Notes under the pieces: generated by a model
What the model saw: the letters and a program-made list of their open reading frames with translations, nothing else
Told to the model about the DNA's origin: nothing
The model's database searches: none
From: a bacterium
GTDB lineage: Bacteria; Patescibacteriota; Doudnabacteria; UBA920
Assembly: GCA_016699995.1 (NCBI GenBank)
Contig: CP064996.1
Span: forward strand, 837,747 to 901,746
DNA: 64,000 bases
Direction of reading: 5' to 3'
Shown: in pieces, positions 30,293 to 40,495 of the stretch
Layout: the number at the start of each line of letters is the position of its first letter
Numbering within the stretch: the first letter of the stretch is position 1
Translations under genes and position numbers: made by a program

Positions 30293-30379
30293 ACAAAATT
30301 AGGGAGTTCCTTTGATATAACGCGCGCACGGGTGGGTGGGGCAAGCGTTATTCCTCTTTTATCCTCTCTTTTGTTTTCT

Positions 30380-30776
30380 GTCCCGCCGTCCCGCCGAAAA
30401 GTTTTGGGGGCGAAGCCCAAGCAGGCGGGCAAAAAGGAAGGGGGTTGGGGGGAAGGAATTTTTGCCCGCCTGCTTCCGATCCCGTTCCGTTTGAGAAAAG
30501 AAAAAGCGGAAGGGGGGTTTGGGGGGAATTCCGCTTTTCCTTTTCGAAATCAAATTGTGGACAGCCCCGCCACCTGCCTGAATACTTGGAAGGCAGAACA
30601 CCGCAGAAAAATACTCTTTTCATTAGAAGAAAAAGAAATCGGGCGCGCGCAAAATGAAAAGAGCAAAGAGTATTTTTCTGTGGTGTGGCGAGGTTTCCGA
30701 GCAGTGGCGGGGCTGGCTTCCTTATTGGGGGTTTTGCTCAAAAAATGTTCGAACTTCGTCCAGAAAACACCGCCAA
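30380..30776. repeat. IR1-R: 397-bp GC-rich structured repeat, inverted copy of 22533..22929
   Basis: Two long hairpins with G-tract loops (GGGGGTTGGGGGG and GGGGGGTTTGGGGGG) plus a 14-bp-arm palindrome GAAAAATACTCTTT..AAAGAGTATTTTTC. Confidence 0.9.
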
Positions 30777-30903
30777 TTTTCACTTTTTGTGAAATCGTAA
30801 GGAATTGCCTCGGCGCAAAGCGCCTCGGCATGGTATTTTTCCGCAATTTTGAAGGCATTTTTGAAATCCAAAAACAAAGTGCGGTCGGCAATGCGGAAGT
30901 TCG
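30770..30903. repeat. IR2-L: 134-bp repeat, inverted copy of 32387..32520; overlaps IR1-R by the heptamer CCGCCAA
   Basis: Exact reverse-complement match to the recombinase 3' end / tRNA-Ser junction copy. Confidence 0.85.
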
Positions 30904-31017
30904 CAGAGCGAAGCTCTGGCAAAATGAAATTTTGCAAACCAATCTTTTTTCTTTTGCTTTCAGCGAAAGGTTGAGCGCATTTTTCTTTGATTGCCCAAAA
31001 GCTAATCTAAAAACAAT

Positions 31018-32631
<1,614 letters not shown>

Positions 32632-32668
32632 AATCTTCTTCTTAAACGCATCCGCGACTTACATATGA

Positions 32669-33276
32669 TTAAACAATATTACCACAAAACGAAGCGCGGT
32701 GTATAGGCGAGAGGCCATGGGCCTTTATCGCTTCGATATGAAATTTAGTTCCATAACCCTTATGCCTGTCTAAGCCGTAAACAGGAAATTGCTGGCCCAG
32801 CTCCTTCATTAAATTATCGCGGTGCACTTTTGCAATAATAGAAGCGGCGGCGATAGAGTGGATGATACTATCCCCTCTTACAATCGCCTCCTGAGTAATC
32901 TCCAAATCCGGAATAGTGTTTCTGCCGTCAACCAACAAGACTGAACTCCCCCGCACCAGTCCCCTACCCTGCTTTTGCAATTCCTCGACCGCGCGACGCA
33001 TAGCTAATAAACTACCTTGCAAAATATTTATGGTTTCAATTTCCATTACCGAACTAACTGCAATGGAGTAGAGAGAATTATTTTTTATATGTTCGCTTAG
33101 CTCTTCCCTCTTCTTCTCCGACAATCTCTTGCTATCGGTAATTTCGTTCCACCAAGATCGCCCTTCAAGTTCCTTAAAATTATCTGCAACAAAACTCACC
33201 GCTGCAGCAACTACCGGCCCTGCTAACGGTCCGCGGCCAACTTCATCAACGCCAACAACTATGCCTGCGCCGCCAT
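32669..33276 (-). CDS. rnhB: ribonuclease HII; catalytic N-terminal motif lies upstream of the only in-frame start
   Basis: Track ORF 32669..33199 starts at GTG after the GVDEVGRGPLAGPVVAAAV motif; the motif is in frame upstream but no ATG/GTG/TTG precedes it; out-of-frame ATG at 33276..33274. Confidence 0.7.
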
Positions 33277-33356
33277 TGTATAAACTTAGTTCTTTTTAAA
33301 TCGGTCCAACATAACATTTTTTATAAACCATCTACAAACTAATATATACGGATAAC

Positions 33357-33800
33357 TTACAAATTAGTTTCTGTTTCTACTTGCATGCGCATGCGAGGAT
33401 AAAATTTAAATCCGATAAATTCAAATCCGTCGTCAGTTTTTATAAGCGACATCTTGATTGTGCCTGCTGCTGCCAAAATTTCTTCCAAGTATTCCTCGTA
33501 GTCGCCATTGATGTGGAATAGATTGTGAGTAGAAGACAATTTTAATTCCGGGAAACGAATAAAACTTTTACGCCGGCCATAAAACTTTTTATAAAACATG
33601 TCTAGCAACTGAGGCTTCTGCATGGCAAATTCGGTAAAACCTTCTGCAATAGCGGCTCCGGAAATCATTGCTTTCAGTTCGTCATGCGGCTGATTGTTGA
33701 TTACATCTACGAAGTCCTCTAACAAGTGCTTAATCACAAAACGGTCTTCCGTACCTACGGTGTGGTCAAAATCCAAAGTAATTTCTGTACTCGGTATCAT
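33357..33800 (-). CDS. hypothetical protein
   Basis: 147-aa ORF, no recognised family. Confidence 0.45.
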   Translation of the reverse strand: MIPSTEITLDFDHTVGTEDRFVIKHLLEDFVDVINNQPHDELKAMISGAAIAEGFTEFAMQKPQLLDMFYKKFYGRRKSFIRFPELKLSSTHNLFHINGDYEEYLEEILAAAGTIKMSLIKTDDGFEFIGFKFYPRMRMQVETETNL

Positions 33801-34140
33801 ATCCTTAATTATAGCAATATAAAAAGGACAAGCTCAGCTTGTCCTTGTTCGTGAATTTGGAGCTTGGGAATTTTCTATTGTTTTTGCTTGGACTTGGTCC
33901 AATCAATCACACCATGGTGATCCCTTACTACCTGAAAACCAGTTGCAGCCATTTCAAGGCTGACTGCATTATCCTTCCTGAAAAGTCGCTTAAATGCGAC
34001 CAACGAAAGCAGTTTTCTCACACTCCTCCTGTTTGTCCCTTGCAAAATAAAAAGCGATTAACGCTAATGAATAATAGCATTTTCCCAGCTTTTGGTCAAT
34101 GCAAAAACACACCCTCACGGGGTGTTTAAATTTTCTTTAT

Positions 34141-34216
34141 TGGTGGACCCTACCGGACTTGAACCGGTCGCCTCATCCATGCCATGGATGCGCTCTACCA
34201 GATGAGCTAAGGGCCC
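34141..34216 (-). tRNA. tRNA-Ala (anticodon GGC)
   Basis: 76 nt; G3:U70 in acceptor stem; anticodon loop AUGGCAU; T-loop GGTTCAAGTCC; CCA encoded. Confidence 0.85.
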
Positions 34217-34523
34217 TCGAAAACCGAAGACCTGTTTTACTGAGGTTCAGTCTGGTGCCATCTGGTGAAACATATGTTCCACTGTTTTGATTTTGGATGA
34301 ATACTTCGCGCCACTGCTCTGCCTGTCTCTGGAATGCTGGAATAACACCTATTATTGTCAAAAACCATCCGATTAAAATAATTGCCAACCCAGCTCCTAA
34401 CACCGAACCAAACCCGGTTAGGATACCTTTTCCAAAGCTTAACCAAAAACTGCTCATGCTCTTATTAAGTCTCTGTAAATTTTCATTAAATTGCCTAAGT
34501 TCGTTGTCGTTCATGTTGTTCAT
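34173..34523 (-). CDS. hypothetical small membrane protein (3' end of ORF overlaps tRNA-Ala; true extent uncertain)
   Basis: 116-aa ORF with hydrophobic segment GILTGFGSVLGAGLAIILIGWFLTIIGVI; last ~15 codons are read from tRNA sequence. Confidence 0.3.
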   Translation of the reverse strand: MNNMNDNELRQFNENLQRLNKSMSSFWLSFGKGILTGFGSVLGAGLAIILIGWFLTIIGVIPAFQRQAEQWREVFIQNQNSGTYVSPDGTRLNLSKTGLRFSRALSSSGRAHPWHG

Positions 34524-34537
34524 AAATTAGATCTTTC

Positions 34538-34612
34538 TGGTCCCCTCGGAGGGAATCGAACCCCCATCGTCTCCTTAGGACGGAGCCGCTCTATCCATTG
34601 AGCTACAAAGGG
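34538..34612 (-). tRNA. tRNA-Arg (anticodon CCU)
   Basis: 75 nt; anticodon loop GUCCUAA; T-loop GGTTCGATTCC; CCA encoded. Confidence 0.75.
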
Positions 34613-34686
34613 TCGAGTTTTTTCATTTGATGTTAGAATTATATCATAACAAAGCGATCGTGCAATTAAGCCACACACGCATTCAA

Positions 34687-35925
34687 ATGTCAAAAATTAT
34701 AGATAGAATGAATAGTTATTTTGTTTCCCGTGAAATACCCAAACTCGAGGCCGTGGAACTACTTAGTCTGGCAGGGATCTTGGTCTCTATATTCTTCCCG
34801 ATAAGGTATGTACTAGAAAACAGCTACGCAACTATTCTTGGGTATTACTCAGACTTTACTTCAATCTCCATATACATTGGGTTTGCCTTTGTGTTAATTT
34901 TCATCGGCATCAATATATATAGAGAAATAAAATTGAAAAAGAACTTCAAATTTTGGCTCATTATCAGTTTAGTTTTCACAGGCCTTCTGATAGTTTATCA
35001 AGTCAAACTCGAAAGCGAAGCTGCAATATCCTTTTATCACCACTTGAGGATAACATGTGTATTACTCCTAGGTTATTCGGTATACAAATCCCCTACTGCG
35101 CTTAAGTATAAGAAATTATTCCTGTGGATTTGTGTATTACTTGGGGGTATCCAAGGGGTTATCGCAGTTCTACAGTTCTCGCTGCAGCATTCATTGGGAC
35201 TAAACCTACTGGGAGAATCTCCCCTATCCGTGACAATGTATGGAGTGGCCAAAGCTGTTTCACATGGAACAACTTATATCCGAGGATATGGAACACTTCC
35301 TCATCCGAATATACTTGCCGGTGTACTCGTTATTGTTTCACTCTTTAACATATATTTACTTAACAATACTTTACAACTGAGGGAAAGAGTCATTTTATCC
35401 GTGACATATATTCTTATGGTAATGGGAATATTTGCAAGTTTGTCACGTGGTGGAATGCTGGCTCTAGTTTTAGGTTTCACCACGTGGTTAATTCTGAATA
35501 GCTATAGAAAGAAATCTGTCTTATTTGTAAGGAAGTTATGGGTGGTACCAATCGGAATAGCTATATCAATAACGGTTTTCTATCCTTGGATTGTTTCCCG
35601 TGGAACAATCGAAAGCGCAGCAAAGAATCTTAGGAATACTTATAATGCTACGGGTGTAGATATCATTCGAGATAATTGGCTAGTGGGAACAGGTCCGGGC
35701 ACCAACATGTTCCACATGAAACAGAGGTTGAGTAGCCAATTAGAACAATGGGACATTCAGCCAATTCATAACTTCTGGCTCATTACCTGGTCAGAATTAG
35801 GCATAACTGGCTTAATTGTAAGCTTTTTTATGATAAAAGTTATGATTTTATCAATCTGGAGAGCTGTTTCACGTGGAAATACTGAAAAAAAAATTTCAAC
35901 AGGAATTGCTGGAATGTCACATTAG
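34687..35925 (+). CDS. O-antigen ligase/polymerase family membrane protein (Wzy_C-like)
   Basis: Polytopic membrane protein; motif ASLSRGGMLALVLG and HNFWLITWSELGITG; A9 homopolymer near 3' end; start taken at internal Met. Confidence 0.7.
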   Translation: MSKIIDRMNSYFVSREIPKLEAVELLSLAGILVSIFFPIRYVLENSYATILGYYSDFTSISIYIGFAFVLIFIGINIYREIKLKKNFKFWLIISLVFTGLLIVYQVKLESEAAISFYHHLRITCVLLLGYSVYKSPTALKYKKLFLWICVLLGGIQGVIAVLQFSLQHSLGLNLLGESPLSVTMYGVAKAVSHGTTYIRGYGTLPHPNILAGVLVIVSLFNIYLLNNTLQLRERVILSVTYILMVMGIFASLSRGGMLALVLGFTTWLILNSYRKKSVLFVRKLWVVPIGIAISITVFYPWIVSRGTIESAAKNLRNTYNATGVDIIRDNWLVGTGPGTNMFHMKQRLSSQLEQWDIQPIHNFWLITWSELGITGLIVSFFMIKVMILSIWRAVSRGNTEKKISTGIAGMSH

Positions 35926-36112
35926 GGGCAATAGCCTTAGCATTGCTTCCCGCTCTCTGATCGACCACTATTTGTATACAATTTGGCCAACCCAGATTCT
36001 TTTAGCGGTAGTCATTGGTTTCATGTGGAAGGAGATTGTTCCACGTGAAAACACCTACAAAACGATAAGCACTTAACAAATCAGAGTCAAAAAAACGCTT
36101 AATCAAGCGCTT

Positions 36113-36589
36113 TTATTTGTGATACTCTCTACCGGCAATTATCGTGTAAGCTCGATATATTTGCTCTAATAGCAAAATTCTCGCTAGATTATGCGGAAAA
36201 GTCAATGGACTGAGGGAAAGTGTATAATTAGAAACCTCTTTTAGTGACTCGTGAAGCCCAACACCGCTGCCAATAACAAAGATTAACTCCTGGCCTAAAG
36301 ATGTGAGTCTATCTAAATTAGCAGCAAAATCTTCGGAATTTCTTAAAGTTCCTTTTTCTTCCAAAAGAATGACAATAGCCCCTGTTTTTAGGTGCTTTTT
36401 TATATCCTCAGCCTCGGTTAATTTGATGCGGTCTATATCTGCATTTTTGCGGTAGGGTTGTTCCGGAATTTCTATAATATTAACCTTTGAAAAAGGGGAG
36501 AGGCGCTTCTTATACTCCTTCTCCAGCTCAAAATAGGCTTTTTCTTTGAATTTTCCTAAACAGATTATTGTAATTTTTGAATTAGACAT
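36113..36589 (-). CDS. rlmH: 23S rRNA (pseudouridine1915-N3)-methyltransferase RlmH
   Basis: SPOUT family; C-terminal SLSPLTFPHNLARILLLEQIYRAYTIIAGREYHK typical of RlmH. Confidence 0.85.
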   Translation of the reverse strand: MSNSKITIICLGKFKEKAYFELEKEYKKRLSPFSKVNIIEIPEQPYRKNADIDRIKLTEAEDIKKHLKTGAIVILLEEKGTLRNSEDFAANLDRLTSLGQELIFVIGSGVGLHESLKEVSNYTLSLSPLTFPHNLARILLLEQIYRAYTIIAGREYHK

Positions 36590-36763
36590 AGTTTTCATGT
36601 GAAACATGCAAATGACATTGGTTATTGACTTTTGTCATAGAATATGTTATAGTTACAGGTCTTTTTGAGCGTTACAGAAAGACTGGGCCAACTCGGTGAA
36701 GGCCGAATGCACCATTATTATAGCGCTAAAAATCTAAAAGAAAATTCCTAGGAGGAACTATTA

Positions 36764-37609
36764 ATGCTTACAAAAATTGGCGGTAATCACGGAAAAGGTT
36801 CTGTGGATCTTGTAGCGGTCTGGAAACGGGCCGATGCATCGGATGATAAAGGAGTTAATCTGACGCCATTGTCCAACGGCTGGCTCGACAACCCCTTAGA
36901 AAGAGGTTCGTTCCTGCTGCGCATATATGTGCGACCGACAGAAGGAGTGATCTTTTCTGCACCGTTCTTTGTTCACCAAAACAAGGATGGCAAGTCCATC
37001 GTGGCCTTAGACGGCACTCTTTTCCCCGAGAGCGGGATAATGCATTACGCAAAAAGCATCCCGGTGCTCAAAGCGAACAAAGGACGAAAGTCATTTTACT
37101 ATACTCATAAGACCACGAACAACGCTTACGTTGCCGCGATCGAGGGTAATAAATTGGCGCTCATCTTGGTCGGGATAGCATCCCAGAACAACGACTACTT
37201 CCTCCATCAGGAGACGAAGTACGAAGCCGAACTGTTCCAGCAGGACGGCGAGCTCGTAATACCGAGGCTCAGCGAATGGACGGAACTCCCTGGATTTATC
37301 GCGTCGCTCGTCGACGTAGACAGCTTACCGGATGCGAGCGAGTACATAGCGCCTTCGGCAAATACAGAAATAAAGCTTGGAACAAACCAGGCCGAGGTTC
37401 TGTGGTGCAATCCGTTTGCGCAGCAGATCGCGCTTCGCACCCAAAAAGGCAATGCGCTGTTACCGTTCAAATATATCCGCAATTTGGCCGAGAAAGAAAA
37501 GGTTGTTAACCCTAAGCCGGGGACGGTCGTAACCTTCCAGCAGCTGGCGGACCCCGACGCAAATTCGCAAACCCAATTCCCGTACATCGCGAAGGGGGTT
37601 ACACTGTAA
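36764..37609 (+). CDS. hypothetical protein (visibly more GC-rich than neighbours)
   Basis: 281-aa ORF with AGGAGG RBS and strong downstream terminator; no family recognised. Confidence 0.55.
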   Translation: MLTKIGGNHGKGSVDLVAVWKRADASDDKGVNLTPLSNGWLDNPLERGSFLLRIYVRPTEGVIFSAPFFVHQNKDGKSIVALDGTLFPESGIMHYAKSIPVLKANKGRKSFYYTHKTTNNAYVAAIEGNKLALILVGIASQNNDYFLHQETKYEAELFQQDGELVIPRLSEWTELPGFIASLVDVDSLPDASEYIAPSANTEIKLGTNQAEVLWCNPFAQQIALRTQKGNALLPFKYIRNLAEKEKVVNPKPGTVVTFQQLADPDANSQTQFPYIAKGVTL

Positions 37610-37632
37610 ACTCTGTAGCATAATGCTATTTA

Positions 37633-37661
37633 GCCGACACGAAGTATGTGTCGGCTTTTTT
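37633..37661 (+). terminator. rho-independent terminator
   Basis: Hairpin GCCGACAC-GAAGTAT-GTGTCGGC followed by TTTTTTT. Confidence 0.65.
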
Positions 37662-37741
37662 TCATCTTTTATTATTCGTGGATTTGGCAAGCAAAAAACA
37701 CCTACCCACGAGGGATAGGTGTTTTCAATTTTAGAAACAAG

Positions 37742-38002
37742 TTAGTTTCTTGGTGTCATTGGGCGAGCTTCGCTAACGCTGATATTGCGTCCACCGAAGT
37801 CCTGACCATTGAACATGCTGATAGCAGCAGCAGCTTCGTCTTCAGTAGACATTTCTACGAAACCGAAACCTTTGCTACGACAGGACATTTTGTCCATGAT
37901 GACTGTTGCGGATACAACGTTACCAGCTTTAGAAAAAGCTGCTTCTAACTCTTCATTAGTAGTAGAGTAGGGAAGTCCGCCAACATACAATTTTGATGCC
38001 AT
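37742..38002 (-). CDS. RRM-domain RNA-binding protein
   Basis: RNP-2 LYVGGL and RNP-1 KGFGFVEM; start taken at internal Met (MASKLYVGG). Confidence 0.8.
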   Translation of the reverse strand: MASKLYVGGLPYSTTNEELEAAFSKAGNVVSATVIMDKMSCRSKGFGFVEMSTEDEAAAAISMFNGQDFGGRNISVSEARPMTPRN

Positions 38003-38158
38003 AGTATTCCTTATGATTAATACACGTAAGACGACCTCTTTTACTTCAGGCCTTAAAACATAAGGAACGAAATACAAGAAACTTACAAACCAATTCTAGC
38101 ATATCCAAGCCAAAAAGTAAAGCCCGCTTTCGCGGGCCTTCTGAACGGGAAATATGTA

Positions 38159-38461
38159 TTAAAATAGTTTTTCGTACCAGCTGGTTAGGAAAGGATTGCT
38201 CTTATTAGCATAATATAGAGCAAGTACGGCTGCTAAAAATACGCCGTTTACCAAAGCCACTCTGATTAAATCATGTCGGACAGTGCGGTATTCTTCTGCA
38301 TGCGCACCATAAGCTGCAGCAGATTTTTCCAAAGGCGCAGGCTTAGCCGAAACAGTAGACGCCGAAGAAGTAGGAGATGGCTGGGAAGCCGAAAGGGGTG
38401 CAGACGAAGCAGAATTTACCGCTTGTTGATAATACTTTTTCTTCTTATTTTTCTTGCCCAT
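38159..38461 (-). CDS. hypothetical small protein with C-terminal TM helix
   Basis: 100-aa ORF, Lys-rich N-terminus, Ser/Ala-rich middle. Confidence 0.45.
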   Translation of the reverse strand: MGKKNKKKKYYQQAVNSASSAPLSASQPSPTSSASTVSAKPAPLEKSAAAYGAHAEEYRTVRHDLIRVALVNGVFLAAVLALYYANKSNPFLTSWYEKLF

Positions 38462-38562
38462 ACTAATATAGAAAGTTAGTTATTTAATATGCTAATCATA
38501 ATAAAAACGGCAATTTTTATCAAGTTGAACACACTCGCGCGGGGTGCTAAAATAGCCATACT

Positions 38563-38775
38563 ATGTCTGAACAAAATTTGGCTATAATCGCATTAACCGC
38601 TTCTATCATTGCACTCATCGCCGGCATTGCCGGAGTTATTGCCGGCCTAAAAGTCCGAAAATGGAGAGCAATGTTTGACCAAGACAGCCAGCCGGATAAT
38701 TTAGAGGAAGTTCTTACTTCTATTACCGAGAAGCTGCAGATGCTCAACAACAACCAAACAAGTTTAGAAAAATAG
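38563..38775 (+). CDS. hypothetical small membrane protein
   Basis: 70-aa ORF with N-terminal TM helix; stop overlaps the GTG start of the next ORF by 1 nt. Confidence 0.4.
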   Translation: MSEQNLAIIALTASIIALIAGIAGVIAGLKVRKWRAMFDQDSQPDNLEEVLTSITEKLQMLNNNQTSLEK

Positions 38776-39077
38776 TGAGACAAAATGGTGAAACTTTAGA
38801 AACCGCGTTCCAATATTCCAGCGTTGTTCGTTTCAACTCCGGAAGCAATGACGGCGGCAATCTAAGCTTTGCCCTGGCAATGCTCGATGGCCAACAAACT
38901 GGTTTGGTCATCACAAGCCTGCATGGACGCGAACACAACCGCATCTACTGCAAAGCCATAACCCACGGTCAGCCGCTTCAGCCGCTTAACGACGAAGAAC
39001 AGCAAGCTTTAATTGAAGCAGTCACCGGCCCAAGTCAGCAAGAGCAGAAAACCAAAAAGACCTCCAAACAAAAATAA
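38775..39077 (+). CDS. hypothetical protein (possibly one gene with 38563..38775)
   Basis: 100-aa ORF with GTG start. Confidence 0.4.
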   Translation: MRQNGETLETAFQYSSVVRFNSGSNDGGNLSFALAMLDGQQTGLVITSLHGREHNRIYCKAITHGQPLQPLNDEEQQALIEAVTGPSQQEQKTKKTSKQK

Positions 39078-39112
39078 TTTAAGACGAATCAGTAATTAAT
39101 TTTTATACTACA

Positions 39113-39505
39113 ATGGCACAAGAAAACAATGCAGCCGAAACAATTGTCGGCCCTTCCGTAAAAATCCAAGGTGATTTGGTTTCCGAAGGCAATATCCGCA
39201 TCGAAGGCGGAGTAACCGGTAAAGTCCACACATCCCAAAGCGTTCACATTGGTGAAGCTGCTGTCATTTCTGCAGATGTCCAGGCCGGCAACGCAATTGT
39301 TGCTGGGCAAGTTTCGGGCAATATCAAAGTTTCGGGCAACCTAATTTTACAATCGACTGCCCGCATCAACGGCGACATCGCTTGCGGAGTTCTTCGCGTA
39401 GAAGACGGCGCACTATTTTCCGGCAAATGCAACATGAAAGGCGCTAGCGCCGAAAAATCCAAAGCATCTTCCGGCAGCACTAACGAGCCAGAACTAGAAA
39501 AGTAG
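39113..39505 (+). CDS. bactofilin family protein
   Basis: Repetitive beta-helix-like sequence (IQGDLVSEGNIRIEGGVTGKVHTSQSVHIGEAAVISADV) typical of bactofilins. Confidence 0.8.
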   Translation: MAQENNAAETIVGPSVKIQGDLVSEGNIRIEGGVTGKVHTSQSVHIGEAAVISADVQAGNAIVAGQVSGNIKVSGNLILQSTARINGDIACGVLRVEDGALFSGKCNMKGASAEKSKASSGSTNEPELEK

Positions 39506-39565
39506 GCAGAGCACCTGTTAACTTTTCTGGCGCATAGCCAGCTTAATCTTTAAGCGAACGGCTCC

Positions 39566-40408
39566 ATGTATTTTTATATTCTCGACAGCACTAATATAAC
39601 TCCTAGCGAGTTCGAAAAGGCCCAAGTTACTTTACAGGGTCTTTTAACGCAGTTTAGAATTTCCGGCGAGATGGTTCGCGTGACCTCGATTCGGGGCATA
39701 CCGGAACTAGTCGAGCTCGCGGCAGAGCGCGGGGTAAAAACCTTAATAGCGTGCGGTACCGACGACACTTTTAACATCATGCTGGCTTATTTGGCAGGCC
39801 GTGACTTTGCCCTGGGCTTTATTCCATTAGTGCCAGACACCTCTCTCGGAAAAATTTTAGGAATCGACAGCTTGGAAACAGCGGTTAAAACAGTTGCGGC
39901 ACGCCGTTTGGAAAAAATGGACCTGGCTTTACTAGGGGACAACTATTTTATTAGCCAGGTGGAATTCGGAGTAGCTTCGACTAAAGTAAAAAACATGAGC
40001 TGGTTCAGCAGCATGTCTTCTTTAACCAAGGATGAAATTAAAGTGAAGCTGCGCATTGATAATTCTTATATAATGGACATTACTTGCTTAGGGGGAACCA
40101 TTACCAATAGTCGAACAACTTCCAGCTCCAACAGCACCATTGCCAATCCAACCGACGGATTTTTAGATTTAATGATTCTGGAGCGATTAAGCCGCGTAGA
40201 CATTTTAAAATATAAGCCAGATATTGCTGCAGGCGTCTTAGAAAATATCCCAGGAACTTCCGTGATCAAATGCAGGCAAGTAGAATTTTTAGAGCCGCGC
40301 GGCTTTCCTTTAAATATAGCCGGACGGACTTTTGCTAAAGTTCCGGCAGTGGTAAGCATTATCCCAAAGCACCTGCGCATGATCGTAGGAAAGGGACGAA
40401 CTTTTTAG
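39566..40408 (+). CDS. diacylglycerol/lipid kinase catalytic-domain-like protein (divergent: CGTDDT in place of GGDGT)
   Basis: 280 aa; DAGK_cat-like fold pattern with non-consensus nucleotide-binding motif. Confidence 0.55.
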   Translation: MYFYILDSTNITPSEFEKAQVTLQGLLTQFRISGEMVRVTSIRGIPELVELAAERGVKTLIACGTDDTFNIMLAYLAGRDFALGFIPLVPDTSLGKILGIDSLETAVKTVAARRLEKMDLALLGDNYFISQVEFGVASTKVKNMSWFSSMSSLTKDEIKVKLRIDNSYIMDITCLGGTITNSRTTSSSNSTIANPTDGFLDLMILERLSRVDILKYKPDIAAGVLENIPGTSVIKCRQVEFLEPRGFPLNIAGRTFAKVPAVVSIIPKHLRMIVGKGRTF

Positions 40409-40495
40409 ATCTGCTAAACTTAAACCGGGCAACCGGTTTTTTTATTTCGTGCTTCGCTTGATTTTTTCGACAATTTACAGTATAGTTAATCAGTT

